Shown here one piece after another: positions 28,101-37,075 of a stretch of DNA of 64,000 nt. The stretch's first letter is position 1; every line of letters starts with the position of its first letter. Position numbers and translations under genes: made by a program. Source of the stretch: Candidatus Thorarchaeota archaeon (GTDB lineage: Archaea; Asgardarchaeota; Thorarchaeia; Thorarchaeales; Thorarchaeaceae); the NCBI GenBank assembly GCA_046482545.1, contig JAWOEX010000035.1, positions 160,001-224,000 on the forward strand. Direction: 5' to 3'. The notes beneath the pieces are model-generated. The model was given only the letters and a program-made list of their open reading frames with translations, ran no database searches and was not told the DNA's origin.

Positions 28101-28670
28101 TATCCTGCTGCATTTTATGAAATGGCAGCACAAAGAAAACACCCCAAGAGTGTCGAAAGCTTGGTGGATATTATTGCCTCACGATTAGGCTCTTCAGCTC
28201 AATACGAGGGATTCTCCTTTACCCACGATACTTCTTCGATTGATGAAGGCCCAACAAACACACGATACAAAACGCTTGGTTCAATGGTAGACAAGCTTGA
28301 AGCACAACTACGGCTGGCCCACCTCATCGATGCTGTAGATGTCAAAGATGTTGCTGAAAGAGTACTATCACATCATTTCATACGCGACATAATGGGCAAT
28401 CTTCGTGCCTTTTCGACCCAGAAAGTCCAGTGTCTCAAATGTCGACGCGTCTATAGGCGCATTCCCCTTTCAGGTAAATGTGTGTGTGGCAAGGACTTAT
28501 CTTTGACAGTTCGGCAGAAGAATATATCAAAATACCTCGGGATAGCGCAGAAGATGATTGAAGATTACCACCTTGGGACATACCTTCGACAGCGACTTAA
28601 CTTAATAGATGATGCTATTGATTCGCTATTTTTCTCGGAGCAGACTGCCCTAACTGATTTCTTAGAGTGA
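25128..28670 (+). CDS. polC: DNA polymerase D large subunit DP2
   Basis: AGPIRAAGGT, FRLRYGRSRNTG, ERPGKG, IGARMGRPEKA, HAAKRRNCDGDED; C-terminal PIP-like QTALTDFL; no intein. Confidence 0.97.
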   Translation: MDDSKPDLPVHTIYYDAYFESLNERIHKIYNIAETARGQGYDPKPFVEIPPAHDVAARVEATLGGPKGVANRIRELQKEMTREEVAFTVAGEIAKGDLGNMDDDEKAADKAVRVGLAILTESITAAPLEGIAKVRIRGSDSDKYLALYLAGPIRAAGGTEAAMTVLVADYVRQTLGLPPFQASDREIERAVEEVELYSKSVHLQYPVHSDLVRFASSKLPIMLTGEPTEEFEVSGSRDLDRVETNRVRGGSVLVLNDGVVGRASKLAKIVNSMKIKGWNWLNELAGKTRKEKEGKDNDATEILSPKSDYLADVIGGRPVFSHPSRRTGFRLRYGRSRNTGLAGVGVHPATMYLVESFLAPGTHIRTERPGKGSIVTPVDSIEGPIILLKNGTVKQIETAAEAREIQDCLERILYLGDIMIALGEFIENNHPLVTPGYCEEWWSHDLENACSQLSVQELEVKLGDTDIKLERLNAIIDYPLSERPTPSEAILLSEILDIPLHPRYTYRWPALSPDEFKTLRKWFFANYEIEETDGHSMIILPYDADQKELLCKAAIPHSLSSNDSRIQLSDVIQTVLAQFGDENQECKGDDALQLVNSVTEIPLRDRIGFSIGARMGRPEKAEERKMRPPVQVLFPVGRSLSSEREIQKVAEASRRITTLESFEGKPDDEGKHKPSGTPLEMVSRACKSCGAKTFESRCPECGSHTELERWCSQEDCGRPVDEDTGLCPVGHNPNLVKSTKTYCVDLEHLLEHAKAEIGEPQTYGVRGVLGLTSEQKVPEHLGKGILRAKHEVYCYRDGTARFDATDAPLTHFRPSEIGISIKRLRELGYTNDYEGKSLTSKNQILELKVQDLVVPKNCAEYLLRVGNFVDDSLKRIYDLNPYYKFRRTDDLIGQLVIGLAPHTSSGIIGRIIGFTDASLCYAHPYWHAAKRRNCDGDEDALILVLDALLNFSKSYLPAGRGGFMDAPLVLSVILDPKEVDDESHNIEICSRYPAAFYEMAAQRKHPKSVESLVDIIASRLGSSAQYEGFSFTHDTSSIDEGPTNTRYKTLGSMVDKLEAQLRLAHLIDAVDVKDVAERVLSHHFIRDIMGNLRAFSTQKVQCLKCRRVYRRIPLSGKCVCGKDLSLTVRQKNISKYLGIAQKMIEDYHLGTYLRQRLNLIDDAIDSLFFSEQTALTDFLE

Positions 28671-28677
28671 GGAGTGT

Positions 28678-29523
28678 CTATTCAACTGCAAGCTTCAGCA
28701 AATCTCTATCCTCAATCATACCGATTAGAGCATTCTTCGCAGATAGCACAGGCGCTTGGTCTATATTATTCCTTCTAAGGATTCTCACACATTCTGCTAC
28801 AGTTGTAACTTCACTTACATTGATGATTTTCTGTGTCATGACCTCACTTACTGGCACATGCGGTAGCCGTAGCAGTTTCTTTGTTACGACTAGGAAATCT
28901 TTGGACGTCCAACCCCACTCTACGCCTGTTTCAGTCCCGCTGAAAGTGGAACTTACATTATCTTCAACGGTAACTTCTGATAGCCGAATGAAATCACTAA
29001 CGGAAATCAGACCAGTTACACCACCGTTCTCATTCATTGCAACAAGAGCGTTCTTCTGGGCCATTTCCATTATCATATAGGAAAGCGGCAAAGGGGTTTT
29101 CTCCCATATAGCTATTACTCTCTCATTGATGTAATCTACAATGTTTTCTTTCTGATATTTGTCGCTTGGTTCAAGTACCGCTCCCAATATATCCGGGATT
29201 GTAACCAGTCCCAACAATTCATTGTTTTCAACAACTGGTAGTCTACGAAAGTTCTCCTCGACCATTATCTGCGCAGCTTCATGGATATCAGTATCGGGTG
29301 ATACTGTGATTGGATCTCTAACCATTAGCATAGCAAGTTGGTTCTCATCTGGTTTACGTAACAAATCGCTTCTTGTTACTATGCCTACCAATTCCTTCGT
29401 TCCTTTCTTGCAGACAGGAAAACCATTAATTTCCTTCTCTGCCATGATTTGCAGTACATCATCCCTTGTACCTGGGACGGAAACGTACACAACATCGGAT
29501 TTCATGCAGTCTGATACCTTCAT
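28678..29523 (-). CDS. Four-CBS-domain protein
   Basis: LVGIVTRSDLL, FRRLPVV, GLISVSD, PVSEVMT, GMIEDRDLL. Confidence 0.88.
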   Translation of the reverse strand: MKVSDCMKSDVVYVSVPGTRDDVLQIMAEKEINGFPVCKKGTKELVGIVTRSDLLRKPDENQLAMLMVRDPITVSPDTDIHEAAQIMVEENFRRLPVVENNELLGLVTIPDILGAVLEPSDKYQKENIVDYINERVIAIWEKTPLPLSYMIMEMAQKNALVAMNENGGVTGLISVSDFIRLSEVTVEDNVSSTFSGTETGVEWGWTSKDFLVVTKKLLRLPHVPVSEVMTQKIINVSEVTTVAECVRILRRNNIDQAPVLSAKNALIGMIEDRDLLKLAVE

Positions 29524-29661
29524 TGTTGAGTCTACTCCGGTATTATTCACTAAAACCTGTTCAAGAGATTCCACAAATGGTTCGTCTATTCTGTTCCATG
29601 TACCCCTTTGTGAGAATAAGCGTAGACACTTTCCCAAACATAAAAGGTTGTCGAAATGCTT

Positions 29662-30222
29662 CTACCATGGCTTATCCTTCAAACCAAGCGTATAGCCGGT
29701 GATATTGGATATACAATGGACACCAAGGGTTATCATTATGAGAATTGAGGTATATTGTCGTGCCGGCGATATAAGGGGTGATGAGAATAATAATGCCATG
29801 ATGATGAAGCCAAGCTGGTCGAGTACAGGCGCAGGATTACCACTACGAATGTCAGCTCTTCTCTTTACAAATGATCCAATCATATCTCCTGTCAGTGCGC
29901 CTATAGATTGTAGAAATGAGATTGATACTGTCAAATTAAGGACTGAAAGCATTTCAGGAGTGACCAGAACATAATGGCTCACCTCTGCTATTAAAAAAGG
30001 CGCTATGAACGACTGGATTGCTCCTATAACCGTTCCAAAGAGAACCCCACTAGCGAATCCCTTTATTGTTTTTCCATCTCCTAGAACTCTCTTTCCGTCG
30101 ATGAAATTTCTTCCCATATCTATAGGCAAACCGCCGCCAAGAATAACAGGTACAGCATTTGCTATCCACGCCGGCAGACCAAGCCAAATAGAGAGACCTA
30201 CTAGAGCTAACACCTCATACAT
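29662..30222 (-). CDS. carS: CDP-archaeol synthase
   Basis: PAWIANAVPV.LGGG.PID, DGKRVLGDGKT..GF, GDMIGSFVKRR, P.LDQL.F, LKDKPW. Confidence 0.93.
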   Translation of the reverse strand: MYEVLALVGLSIWLGLPAWIANAVPVILGGGLPIDMGRNFIDGKRVLGDGKTIKGFASGVLFGTVIGAIQSFIAPFLIAEVSHYVLVTPEMLSVLNLTVSISFLQSIGALTGDMIGSFVKRRADIRSGNPAPVLDQLGFIIMALLFSSPLISPARQYTSILIMITLGVHCISNITGYTLGLKDKPW

Positions 30223-30246
30223 GTCTCATTCTTTGTCCCCTAATTC

Positions 30247-30951
30247 TTATCTATCAATCTCTTCTCTATGAACCTTCAGTCCCGCCTCAGTTAGATATAG
30301 GCTTCGCTTATTTGATTCTCCTTCGTTCTTTTGACGTTCGACTATTCTCTCCCCGTTTTCCCTACCAACCGCCATTCTGAGAGTGCGGTCCGCCCAGTAT
30401 TGCATTATATTCTTTGCAACTGGTTCGAAGTCAGTAGCAGCATCGAAGCTACCTCTAGCCTGATTCAGGACGAGTAACGCCATATCTTGCTGCTTGATGA
30501 TTCCCTTTAGTATGCCTGTTTGAGTATTGAGCTGGCGATGGGCAGCATAGTTTCTCTTCTTGTTACTAAGCACACTTCTGTAGAGTCTAGTCATAGTGTC
30601 CACTACAACAAGCTTCGTGTTTTCTCTTGCATACGATTCCAGTTCAGCAATGATTTCTCCCTGTTGCTGAAAGCTTACTGGCGAAACCAGTGTGACTTTT
30701 TCTTTCAGTTGTTCGAATTGCTTGTTAGATATCTGCTCTAGCCTCGAGATGGGGGATGCCGACTCCGAATTAATATATAAACTCAGAATTCCAGTTCTGT
30801 ATGCTGATTGGACAAACTGCAATGCGAGAGTGGTCTTACCAGCAGCGGCTTCTCCGTAGATATGCGTAAGCTGGCCAGTATGTAAACCCCCTTCCAGCAA
30901 TGTGTCAACTGCACAATTTCCGGATGGAAGAATCAATAATTGGTTCACCAA
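30247..30951 (-). CDS. radB: RadB-like RecA/RAD51 paralog (ATPase domain only)
   Basis: D.LLEGGL, IYGEAAAGKTT, YINSE, VVVDTMT.LYR, LNQ. Confidence 0.8.
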   Translation of the reverse strand: MVNQLLILPSGNCAVDTLLEGGLHTGQLTHIYGEAAAGKTTLALQFVQSAYRTGILSLYINSESASPISRLEQISNKQFEQLKEKVTLVSPVSFQQQGEIIAELESYARENTKLVVVDTMTRLYRSVLSNKKRNYAAHRQLNTQTGILKGIIKQQDMALLVLNQARGSFDAATDFEPVAKNIMQYWADRTLRMAVGRENGERIVERQKNEGESNKRSLYLTEAGLKVHREEIDR

Positions 30952-31019
30952 TCTGAGGACTAATTAATTTGCTACATAAACCTAATCTTAGATATGATAA
31001 CGAAAGAAGGTACTAGCAG

Positions 31020-31775
31020 ATGGAGAAATTTCAGGTTGCCGTAGCAACGAGGAATCCAAGAACCATATATCTAAGTGTTCAATTGCTTGAAGATTTGGGT
31101 TTATCCTTCGTCATTTGTCCACCTAATGACATTCGGTGCGCTTCGGCTAAAGTTGTAATTACTGATACTGATGACACCCCTTGTACCTTTAATCCGGGAA
31201 GGCAAGTTGTTGTTTCAGGATATTTTGACGTTGATATTGTTGCCATTGAAATCATGATGAACCTTTTCGAGATTGATGCCCCCCACTCCTTGGCGATTGG
31301 TGTTGACCCTGGTTTAAGATTTGGATTAGCATTAGTAGCTGATGGCACCGCAGTTTATGCAAAAACGCTGTGTTCACCATCTGAAGCTGCGCAGGATACT
31401 AGGCACTGGGTCTCGGAGCTTTCCACACACACCGGATTTCCGCATACAACGGTAAGAGTGGGAACTGGTTCGCGACTGTATGCTGCTCTGTATCTTCGAG
31501 AGCTATCATCTCGTTCTGAGGATATTCCTGTTGAGATGGTAGATGAAAGCTACACTAGCATTGATGCTTCTGATGAATCTTCAGCTGTTCTCATTGCCTC
31601 CCGTCGCGGGAGAGAGTATCTGGAATCAGATTCTAAGCTTGAACCTAAGCGAGGATATATCCGCTCCTTAAAGCATCTGGTCAGGACCCTTAGTCAAGGA
31701 CGTGTAAATCTTACGACAAATCAAGCTCGCGAGGTGCTTCTTGGTAGAATGGGGCTTTCTCCCTTTTTGGAATGA
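31020..31775 (+). CDS. Hypothetical protein with an RNase H-like (YqgF/RuvC-type) domain
   Basis: LAIGVDPG...GLALV, VRVG.G, VEMVDESYTS, D..SAVLIA. Confidence 0.55.
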   Translation: MEKFQVAVATRNPRTIYLSVQLLEDLGLSFVICPPNDIRCASAKVVITDTDDTPCTFNPGRQVVVSGYFDVDIVAIEIMMNLFEIDAPHSLAIGVDPGLRFGLALVADGTAVYAKTLCSPSEAAQDTRHWVSELSTHTGFPHTTVRVGTGSRLYAALYLRELSSRSEDIPVEMVDESYTSIDASDESSAVLIASRRGREYLESDSKLEPKRGYIRSLKHLVRTLSQGRVNLTTNQAREVLLGRMGLSPFLE

Positions 31776-31781
31776 TAATCC

Positions 31782-33707
31782 CTAGCGAAAGAATCCCCGC
31801 ACCTCATCTTCTACCATATCGGGATTATCCGGCAGAGTATGGGTAACCTCAAGTAGCCAATTTGGCATGAATCTTTTCAGGTATCCTGTTGCAAAACGTT
31901 GATCCAAGAATGCTATTATGCCCTTATCATCCAGCTTTCTAACTGGTCGTCCCGCTGCCTGTATTGCCCTAGTCATGGCAGGTAGCACATAACCATAATC
32001 TCTCCCCTTCCCATTGAATCGCTTGTCATAGTAATCAATGAGCGACTCAATACGAGGAGTCGGTTTTGCATAGGGCACTCCCACAACTACCACGCTCTCC
32101 ATGGTTGCCCCTGGAAAATCACCTCCCTCCGAGTTGCGCCCTCCCTGCACACCAAGAAGTACTGCACCCCCATTTTCAGCTCTGTCCTTAAACTCTTCAA
32201 CCAGTATATCATTCTCCGAGCCCTTTAATCCGCGTTCTTCGACAAACAACTTCTTGTTGATTTTTCCTTCGAGTCCTGCTGATAGTAGTTCCTTAATGAG
32301 ACCATAGCTGGTTGTGAAAATGCCGGTATTCGTGGGAGTAGCATGCGCAATTGCTACACAATGCGCTACGATTCTCTTGAACATCTCTTTGCTTCTCAAT
32401 CTATACGAAGTTTCCACACCTTCAACAATTATACCCTTTCTATTCTCTTTAGCGAATGGGTTGTAATATGTAAGATTCTTAGAATCAGAGCCAAATCCCA
32501 GCATTTCTGAATATGCATCAATAGGTGAAAGGGTTCCGGAGATGGCTACAGAGCTCCTAACTAGTCGCAGAATGGGAGATGTAACAGCTGTTGGATCCAG
32601 AGCAACTAGCTCCAGTGACACCTTTCTGCTCTTGTTTCTGGTTATATCAGATTCCATCAAGAAAGCGTAATTATCACGTTCAATGTATTTCAGCCAGTTC
32701 ATCATGAAAACTGCTACCCTGTGAATAGTGGACCTGGGGAATTTTCCAGCTTGGAGCAACCCTTTCCGGATATTCATCCCAAGATCTCGCATATGCATGA
32801 GAATCTGCTCTTTCTCACCTAAGTCTGCATTGTCTACTGCAGTCTTATAGATTGCTTTGGGCTTCACGCTTATCTCGTCATAATCCTTCATGCCAGCTGA
32901 TAAACTGAGAATCGTTTCTGCCAAACCCCTGCAGAATTTCTTACTCTTAGTATCATTATATGTTGAAGCTTCTCTGATGGCCTGTCTAACTATTCCAATC
33001 GTCAGTGAATCGCTTGCTGAGTCAAGTGCTGTGCTTGGAACATTATGTGCTTCATCTTGTATCAGTACCATTCTCGATACTGGCTTATCCAGTTCAGGCA
33101 GAAAGGCTTCTCGAACAAATGGGCTGAAGACATACAAATACGAGAGCGATATTACATCAACCACCTGTGCGAGGCTTTTGGCTAATTCATAAGGACAGAG
33201 CTCATTTCTGGCAGCAAACTCTACTATTTCTGGAGCCTTCAGTACGGAAGATGGTAACTTCTCCAGCAGCTCCATTCCCCCTCCGCTTTTTTTCAGATTC
33301 TCGTAATAGGCACATCTCTTGCTAGTCTTGAGCTGTGCACATACATCCCCTAGTGATGAAACGAAACCAGCATTCTCTAGCACAAAGGGGTTTACACACA
33401 TATGACGTCGCCCTCTAAAGGATACTCCACTTACGCCTTCTCTCTTCTCTATCTCTTTGAGTTCCTCCATTACCCGATCCAATTGCCGATGAGTACGAGC
33501 ACAATAAAGAATTATTCCATTATTTTCCTTGATCCAAGGAAGTGTGGCTGCCAATGTTACCGCTGTTTTTCCAAACCCGTTAGGTGCTTCTACACAGACA
33601 TTCTTGCCTTTCCTAACTGCGTTCTCTATGCGGGCCATCATCTCGCCTTGTCCTGGCCTCTCCTGTTTATAGGGAAAGAAGTGGTTTGAAGTGAATTCGG
33701 TTTTCAT
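31782..33707 (-). CDS. xpd: XPD/Rad3-family Fe-S DNA helicase
   Basis: FPY...RPGQ, EAPNGFGKT, ARTHRQL, four Fe-S Cys including CPYE, DEAHN, SGTLSP, SEG.DF, QAAGRPVR. Confidence 0.9.
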   Translation of the reverse strand: MKTEFTSNHFFPYKQERPGQGEMMARIENAVRKGKNVCVEAPNGFGKTAVTLAATLPWIKENNGIILYCARTHRQLDRVMEELKEIEKREGVSGVSFRGRRHMCVNPFVLENAGFVSSLGDVCAQLKTSKRCAYYENLKKSGGGMELLEKLPSSVLKAPEIVEFAARNELCPYELAKSLAQVVDVISLSYLYVFSPFVREAFLPELDKPVSRMVLIQDEAHNVPSTALDSASDSLTIGIVRQAIREASTYNDTKSKKFCRGLAETILSLSAGMKDYDEISVKPKAIYKTAVDNADLGEKEQILMHMRDLGMNIRKGLLQAGKFPRSTIHRVAVFMMNWLKYIERDNYAFLMESDITRNKSRKVSLELVALDPTAVTSPILRLVRSSVAISGTLSPIDAYSEMLGFGSDSKNLTYYNPFAKENRKGIIVEGVETSYRLRSKEMFKRIVAHCVAIAHATPTNTGIFTTSYGLIKELLSAGLEGKINKKLFVEERGLKGSENDILVEEFKDRAENGGAVLLGVQGGRNSEGGDFPGATMESVVVVGVPYAKPTPRIESLIDYYDKRFNGKGRDYGYVLPAMTRAIQAAGRPVRKLDDKGIIAFLDQRFATGYLKRFMPNWLLEVTHTLPDNPDMVEDEVRGFFR

Positions 33708-33801
33708 TGGCTTGTCCTATCATTTCAGCTTTATCAGCTTGATAATGCTGTTGTTGTCTGACTCGTTAATGATTTAATAGACGTATCCAGTACCAGAGGG
33801 C

Positions 33802-34158
33802 GTGGACCACATGGACACTCAGAGTATTGATGATTTAGACGTTGAGACAACAACAGGATTGTTGAGATTGCGAGTTATGTATCTTGAAAATGGTCTTATC
33901 GTTTTATTGTCCGATTCAAGCAACTTCAAATTGGGAAATACTGCAGTTAGCATACCGGAAGGTACTGGCAGGAATGAACCTACTTCTACAACGCTCTTTT
34001 CAAATGCTCTTGATTCGACCTTGGCAAGGACACTAGCTGAGCGTGTTTCAAGCTGGACTAATCAGGCATGTATCTTAGTTGTATCCGCAAAGGATTTGAA
34101 TAGAGATTCTACGATGGAAGTCATGAAGGTGTTGAAACAACATCTCCAGCAAGAATAG
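33802..34158 (+). CDS. Proteasome assembly chaperone 4 (PAC4/PSMG4)-like protein
   Basis: VMYLENG..V..., LGNTAVSIP, PTSTTLF, ARTLAERVS..TNQ follow the PAC4 pattern. Confidence 0.65.
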   Translation: MDHMDTQSIDDLDVETTTGLLRLRVMYLENGLIVLLSDSSNFKLGNTAVSIPEGTGRNEPTSTTLFSNALDSTLARTLAERVSSWTNQACILVVSAKDLNRDSTMEVMKVLKQHLQQE

Positions 34159-34354
34159 CATCCGCAACGTCTTTGACCCAACGCCCCGTCAAATCAATTT
34201 CAAGCACTTTTTGTAGATAACTATCATAGGAAATATCCAGCCCCTGTTTCCAGCTATTATATACCCTCTCAAGATTTTCTTTAGCTATCTGATGATATTC
34301 GCAAAGATTGCTCTCTTCTGACAAATCTCGGCCACAAATTATACAACCAGTCAC
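34121..34354 (-). CDS. Small zinc-finger hypothetical protein
   Basis: CIICG...LCEYH; start overlaps the topA stop. Confidence 0.6.
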   Translation of the reverse strand: MTGCIICGRDLSEESNLCEYHQIAKENLERVYNSWKQGLDISYDSYLQKVLEIDLTGRWVKDVADAILAGDVVSTPS

Positions 34355-36468
34355 TCATTTTCCTCCTTTTCTTTTTCTGATTTTCTGTCCTTCAAATCCT
34401 TCAAGTCTTCTTGTCTTCCTGGACAATCAGCCCAGTTTACACAGGTTTTCCAAGGATGTCTACCTGAATGGACTCTTATCATTGTATGTCCACAATGAGG
34501 ACAGACCTCATCTAATGGGGTTATTTCTCCTTTCTGTGGTAGTGGAAATGTTTGGTCGCAGCCTGTTTTCCTGTAATTGGAACATCCTACGAATCTCTTT
34601 CCGCTCTTGCGTGAACGGACTATGACCAAGGTGCCGTCATCGCAGTTTGGGCATGGTCCCAATTCTCTCTTACGCTTCCAATGCCGCTTCAATCCGCGAA
34701 CAAGCTCGGCTCCTATGTCCTGTTCCCGCTCTTTAAATGCTTTCAACAGCTTTGAAAGGGTGTTTTTGGTTTCTTCCAGTACCTCATCCAGTTTCGTCCT
34801 TCCTTCCTGTATAGCATTCATCTTATCCTCAAGCTCTCGCGTCATCTCAACGGAGAGGATTTCTGGAACATGTTCGTTCAAAGTCTCATAAATTGCATAT
34901 CCAAGCTTTGATAGTTCGAATCGATCACCTATTGTGTATCCGCGTGATTTCAAGGAATCTACTATGCTTGCTCGAGTTGCCTTCGTTCCTAAGCCAACTT
35001 TCTCTAATTTCTTTACCATACTTGAAGGATTATATCTGGCTGGTGGTGAAGTATACCGTTCATCAACATCCACAGAAATGATATCTACAGTACTACCCGC
35101 TTCGAAGTCTGGTATTGTTTTTTCATCTTGTGAAGCATATTCGCCGTAGTAGGCCATCCATCCTGCGTCAAGTGTTCTCAATCCTCTGGCATACAATACA
35201 TGCTTGTTGCAATGAATATCTGCGCGCACACTCTCTCTTACAGCGCTTTTCCCAAATAGGGAAAAGAAACGGCGAATAATAAGATCGTAAATCTTTACTT
35301 CACTAGTGGAGAGCGCTTTCTCCGGCCTCTTTCCTGTAGGATGAATAGCTGGATGGGCAGGATCTTTCTTTTTTCCTTCTCTTGGTTTGAGATTCTTGCT
35401 TTTCAAAATTTCTTGAGCAAGCAGGTCATACTTTTTCTGCTCTTTAAGGTCCTCAAGTATTTCCTTGACATCAATACTTTCGGGGATTTTCTGACTACTT
35501 GTTCGCGGATAGGAAACAAGCGCTCGAAGATAGAGCCCCTGCGCGATAGCCAAAGTACGACTTGGTTTGAAACCGAAGTGTCTATAGCTCTCGGATTGAA
35601 GTCCGCTGAGGTTAAAAGGGACTGGAGGTTTCCTTTCGAAGGTCCGTTGTTTGAATTCCTCCACCGTTCCTTCCCCACCCATCAAATCATCTTGAATCTT
35701 GTTTACCAAATCTTCTCTTCCTATCTGCTCTTCGGAGTACTCAAGATCAAATTCTTCTCCATTGAATTTTCCTCTTGGAAGTATGACCCAAAATGGCTCT
35801 GGGACAAAGAGATTTACTTTTCTATCTCTATCTGCAGCAAAGGATAAAGTGGGGCCTTGAACCCTTCCAGTGCTAACGATTTTGAACCAGCCTGCAACCT
35901 CCTTTATTGCAAGTGTCAACGCTCGAGTGAGATTGATTCCGTAAAGCCAATCAATTTCGTGTCTCGCAATGCCCGCATCTATCATGGAGAAATCAAGATC
36001 TCTTGAAGGATTCTCATATGCATTACGAAGCTCTTTTTCCGTAAGCGTCGAGAAACGCATACGCTGGGTTTTCTGTGGATCCCCTTCGCAGGCATACTTG
36101 AGTACATGGTATCCTATGAGGCTCCCTTCAATATCCAAGTCAGTAGCAATCAGGAACTTGTCTGCATCTATCGCCGCTTCCTGAATGAGCTCAATCAATG
36201 GTTTGCTTCTCTTGTCTTTCTTTTCCACCTCATATCTCGGTACCCATTCTGTTTCGAGTCTAGGATATGTCCATCCTTTCTCCGCTTGCTTGAGCTCATA
36301 TAGGTGTCCCAATGCGTAGACTACACGTATTCTTCTCCCCCCTTGCTCAAATTCGAAGTAAGACGGCCACCCCTTCTTAATCTCGCCAAGTTCACCTTCT
36401 GTTGCCAAGGCTTGAGATATACGTCTTGCTGCTTGAGGTTTCTCAGCTATTATTATTGTGGTATTCAG
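34351..36468 (-). CDS. topA: Type IA DNA topoisomerase with C-terminal zinc ribbons; probable CTG start
   Basis: IIIAEKP upstream of the tracked start, GHLYEL, ATDLDIEG, STGRVQGPTL, SYPRT, AHPAIHPT, GLGTKATRA. Confidence 0.93.
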   Translation of the reverse strand: MNTTIIIAEKPQAARRISQALATEGELGEIKKGWPSYFEFEQGGRRIRVVYALGHLYELKQAEKGWTYPRLETEWVPRYEVEKKDKRSKPLIELIQEAAIDADKFLIATDLDIEGSLIGYHVLKYACEGDPQKTQRMRFSTLTEKELRNAYENPSRDLDFSMIDAGIARHEIDWLYGINLTRALTLAIKEVAGWFKIVSTGRVQGPTLSFAADRDRKVNLFVPEPFWVILPRGKFNGEEFDLEYSEEQIGREDLVNKIQDDLMGGEGTVEEFKQRTFERKPPVPFNLSGLQSESYRHFGFKPSRTLAIAQGLYLRALVSYPRTSSQKIPESIDVKEILEDLKEQKKYDLLAQEILKSKNLKPREGKKKDPAHPAIHPTGKRPEKALSTSEVKIYDLIIRRFFSLFGKSAVRESVRADIHCNKHVLYARGLRTLDAGWMAYYGEYASQDEKTIPDFEAGSTVDIISVDVDERYTSPPARYNPSSMVKKLEKVGLGTKATRASIVDSLKSRGYTIGDRFELSKLGYAIYETLNEHVPEILSVEMTRELEDKMNAIQEGRTKLDEVLEETKNTLSKLLKAFKEREQDIGAELVRGLKRHWKRKRELGPCPNCDDGTLVIVRSRKSGKRFVGCSNYRKTGCDQTFPLPQKGEITPLDEVCPHCGHTMIRVHSGRHPWKTCVNWADCPGRQEDLKDLKDRKSEKEKEENE

Positions 36469-36606
36469 AATGAAGACCCCTTATGTTTCAACCAGATAAC
36501 AGTTTTCCTCTGGAGCTTAAATATTGAACGATAGAATCATGGTACGCTTCTGCATCCCACGATACTCTTAAAAGAGCTTTTTGAAAGCAAACGACTCGAG
36601 GTAGCA

Positions 36607-37032
36607 TTGTTGAAGCCTTGGTGGCCTAAGATTATTGTCAAACCGAGATTGAGACTTGGAAGGCCGCGATTTGGGATGCCCAGTCGACCGCCCGACATCG
36701 TAATCTTCGGTGTAGTTTTCCTTGGCCTTCTCTTCATTCTTGGTGGGAATATCTACACACTTGTAAAAAACCCTCCCGCCATCGCTGGTGGTCAAGATAA
36801 TCAGCCTATCTTGGTTGCACCGGGCACTAATCAGCAGCTAGGTATGGAAGGAATCGTAGCATCTTTCGTCATATTCATGGGCACTGTGGGATTGGGACTC
36901 ATCTACTATGCATCGAAGTATGTATTCAATCCCGGATACGCAACCCGATTACTTGTACTTGGAAGTATTCTTGCTGGCCTCGCATTCCTAATATTCGCCT
37001 ATCTATATGGTGTTAAAACGGGTCAATTTTAA
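36607..37032 (+). CDS. OSTC/DC2 (OST3/OST6 membrane domain)-like oligosaccharyltransferase subunit
   Basis: Three TM helices; KPRLRL..P, LGGNIY..V..PPAI, NQQLGMEGIVASF, terminal K.G.F. Confidence 0.8.
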   Translation: MLKPWWPKIIVKPRLRLGRPRFGMPSRPPDIVIFGVVFLGLLFILGGNIYTLVKNPPAIAGGQDNQPILVAPGTNQQLGMEGIVASFVIFMGTVGLGLIYYASKYVFNPGYATRLLVLGSILAGLAFLIFAYLYGVKTGQF

Positions 37033-37075
37033 CATCCTGTATCTTCCAGAAGAGATTCAGGTCTAGCGTCCGCTT

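Noticed and set aside
25128-28670. Intein in DP2 (also considered for Lhr, TopA and IF-2)
   Set aside because: Normal lengths; no intein splice motifs or LAGLIDADG blocks
36477-36516. ORB-like strings upstream of topA
   Set aside because: Degenerate, overlapping the topA ribosome-binding site and promoter, with no initiator gene
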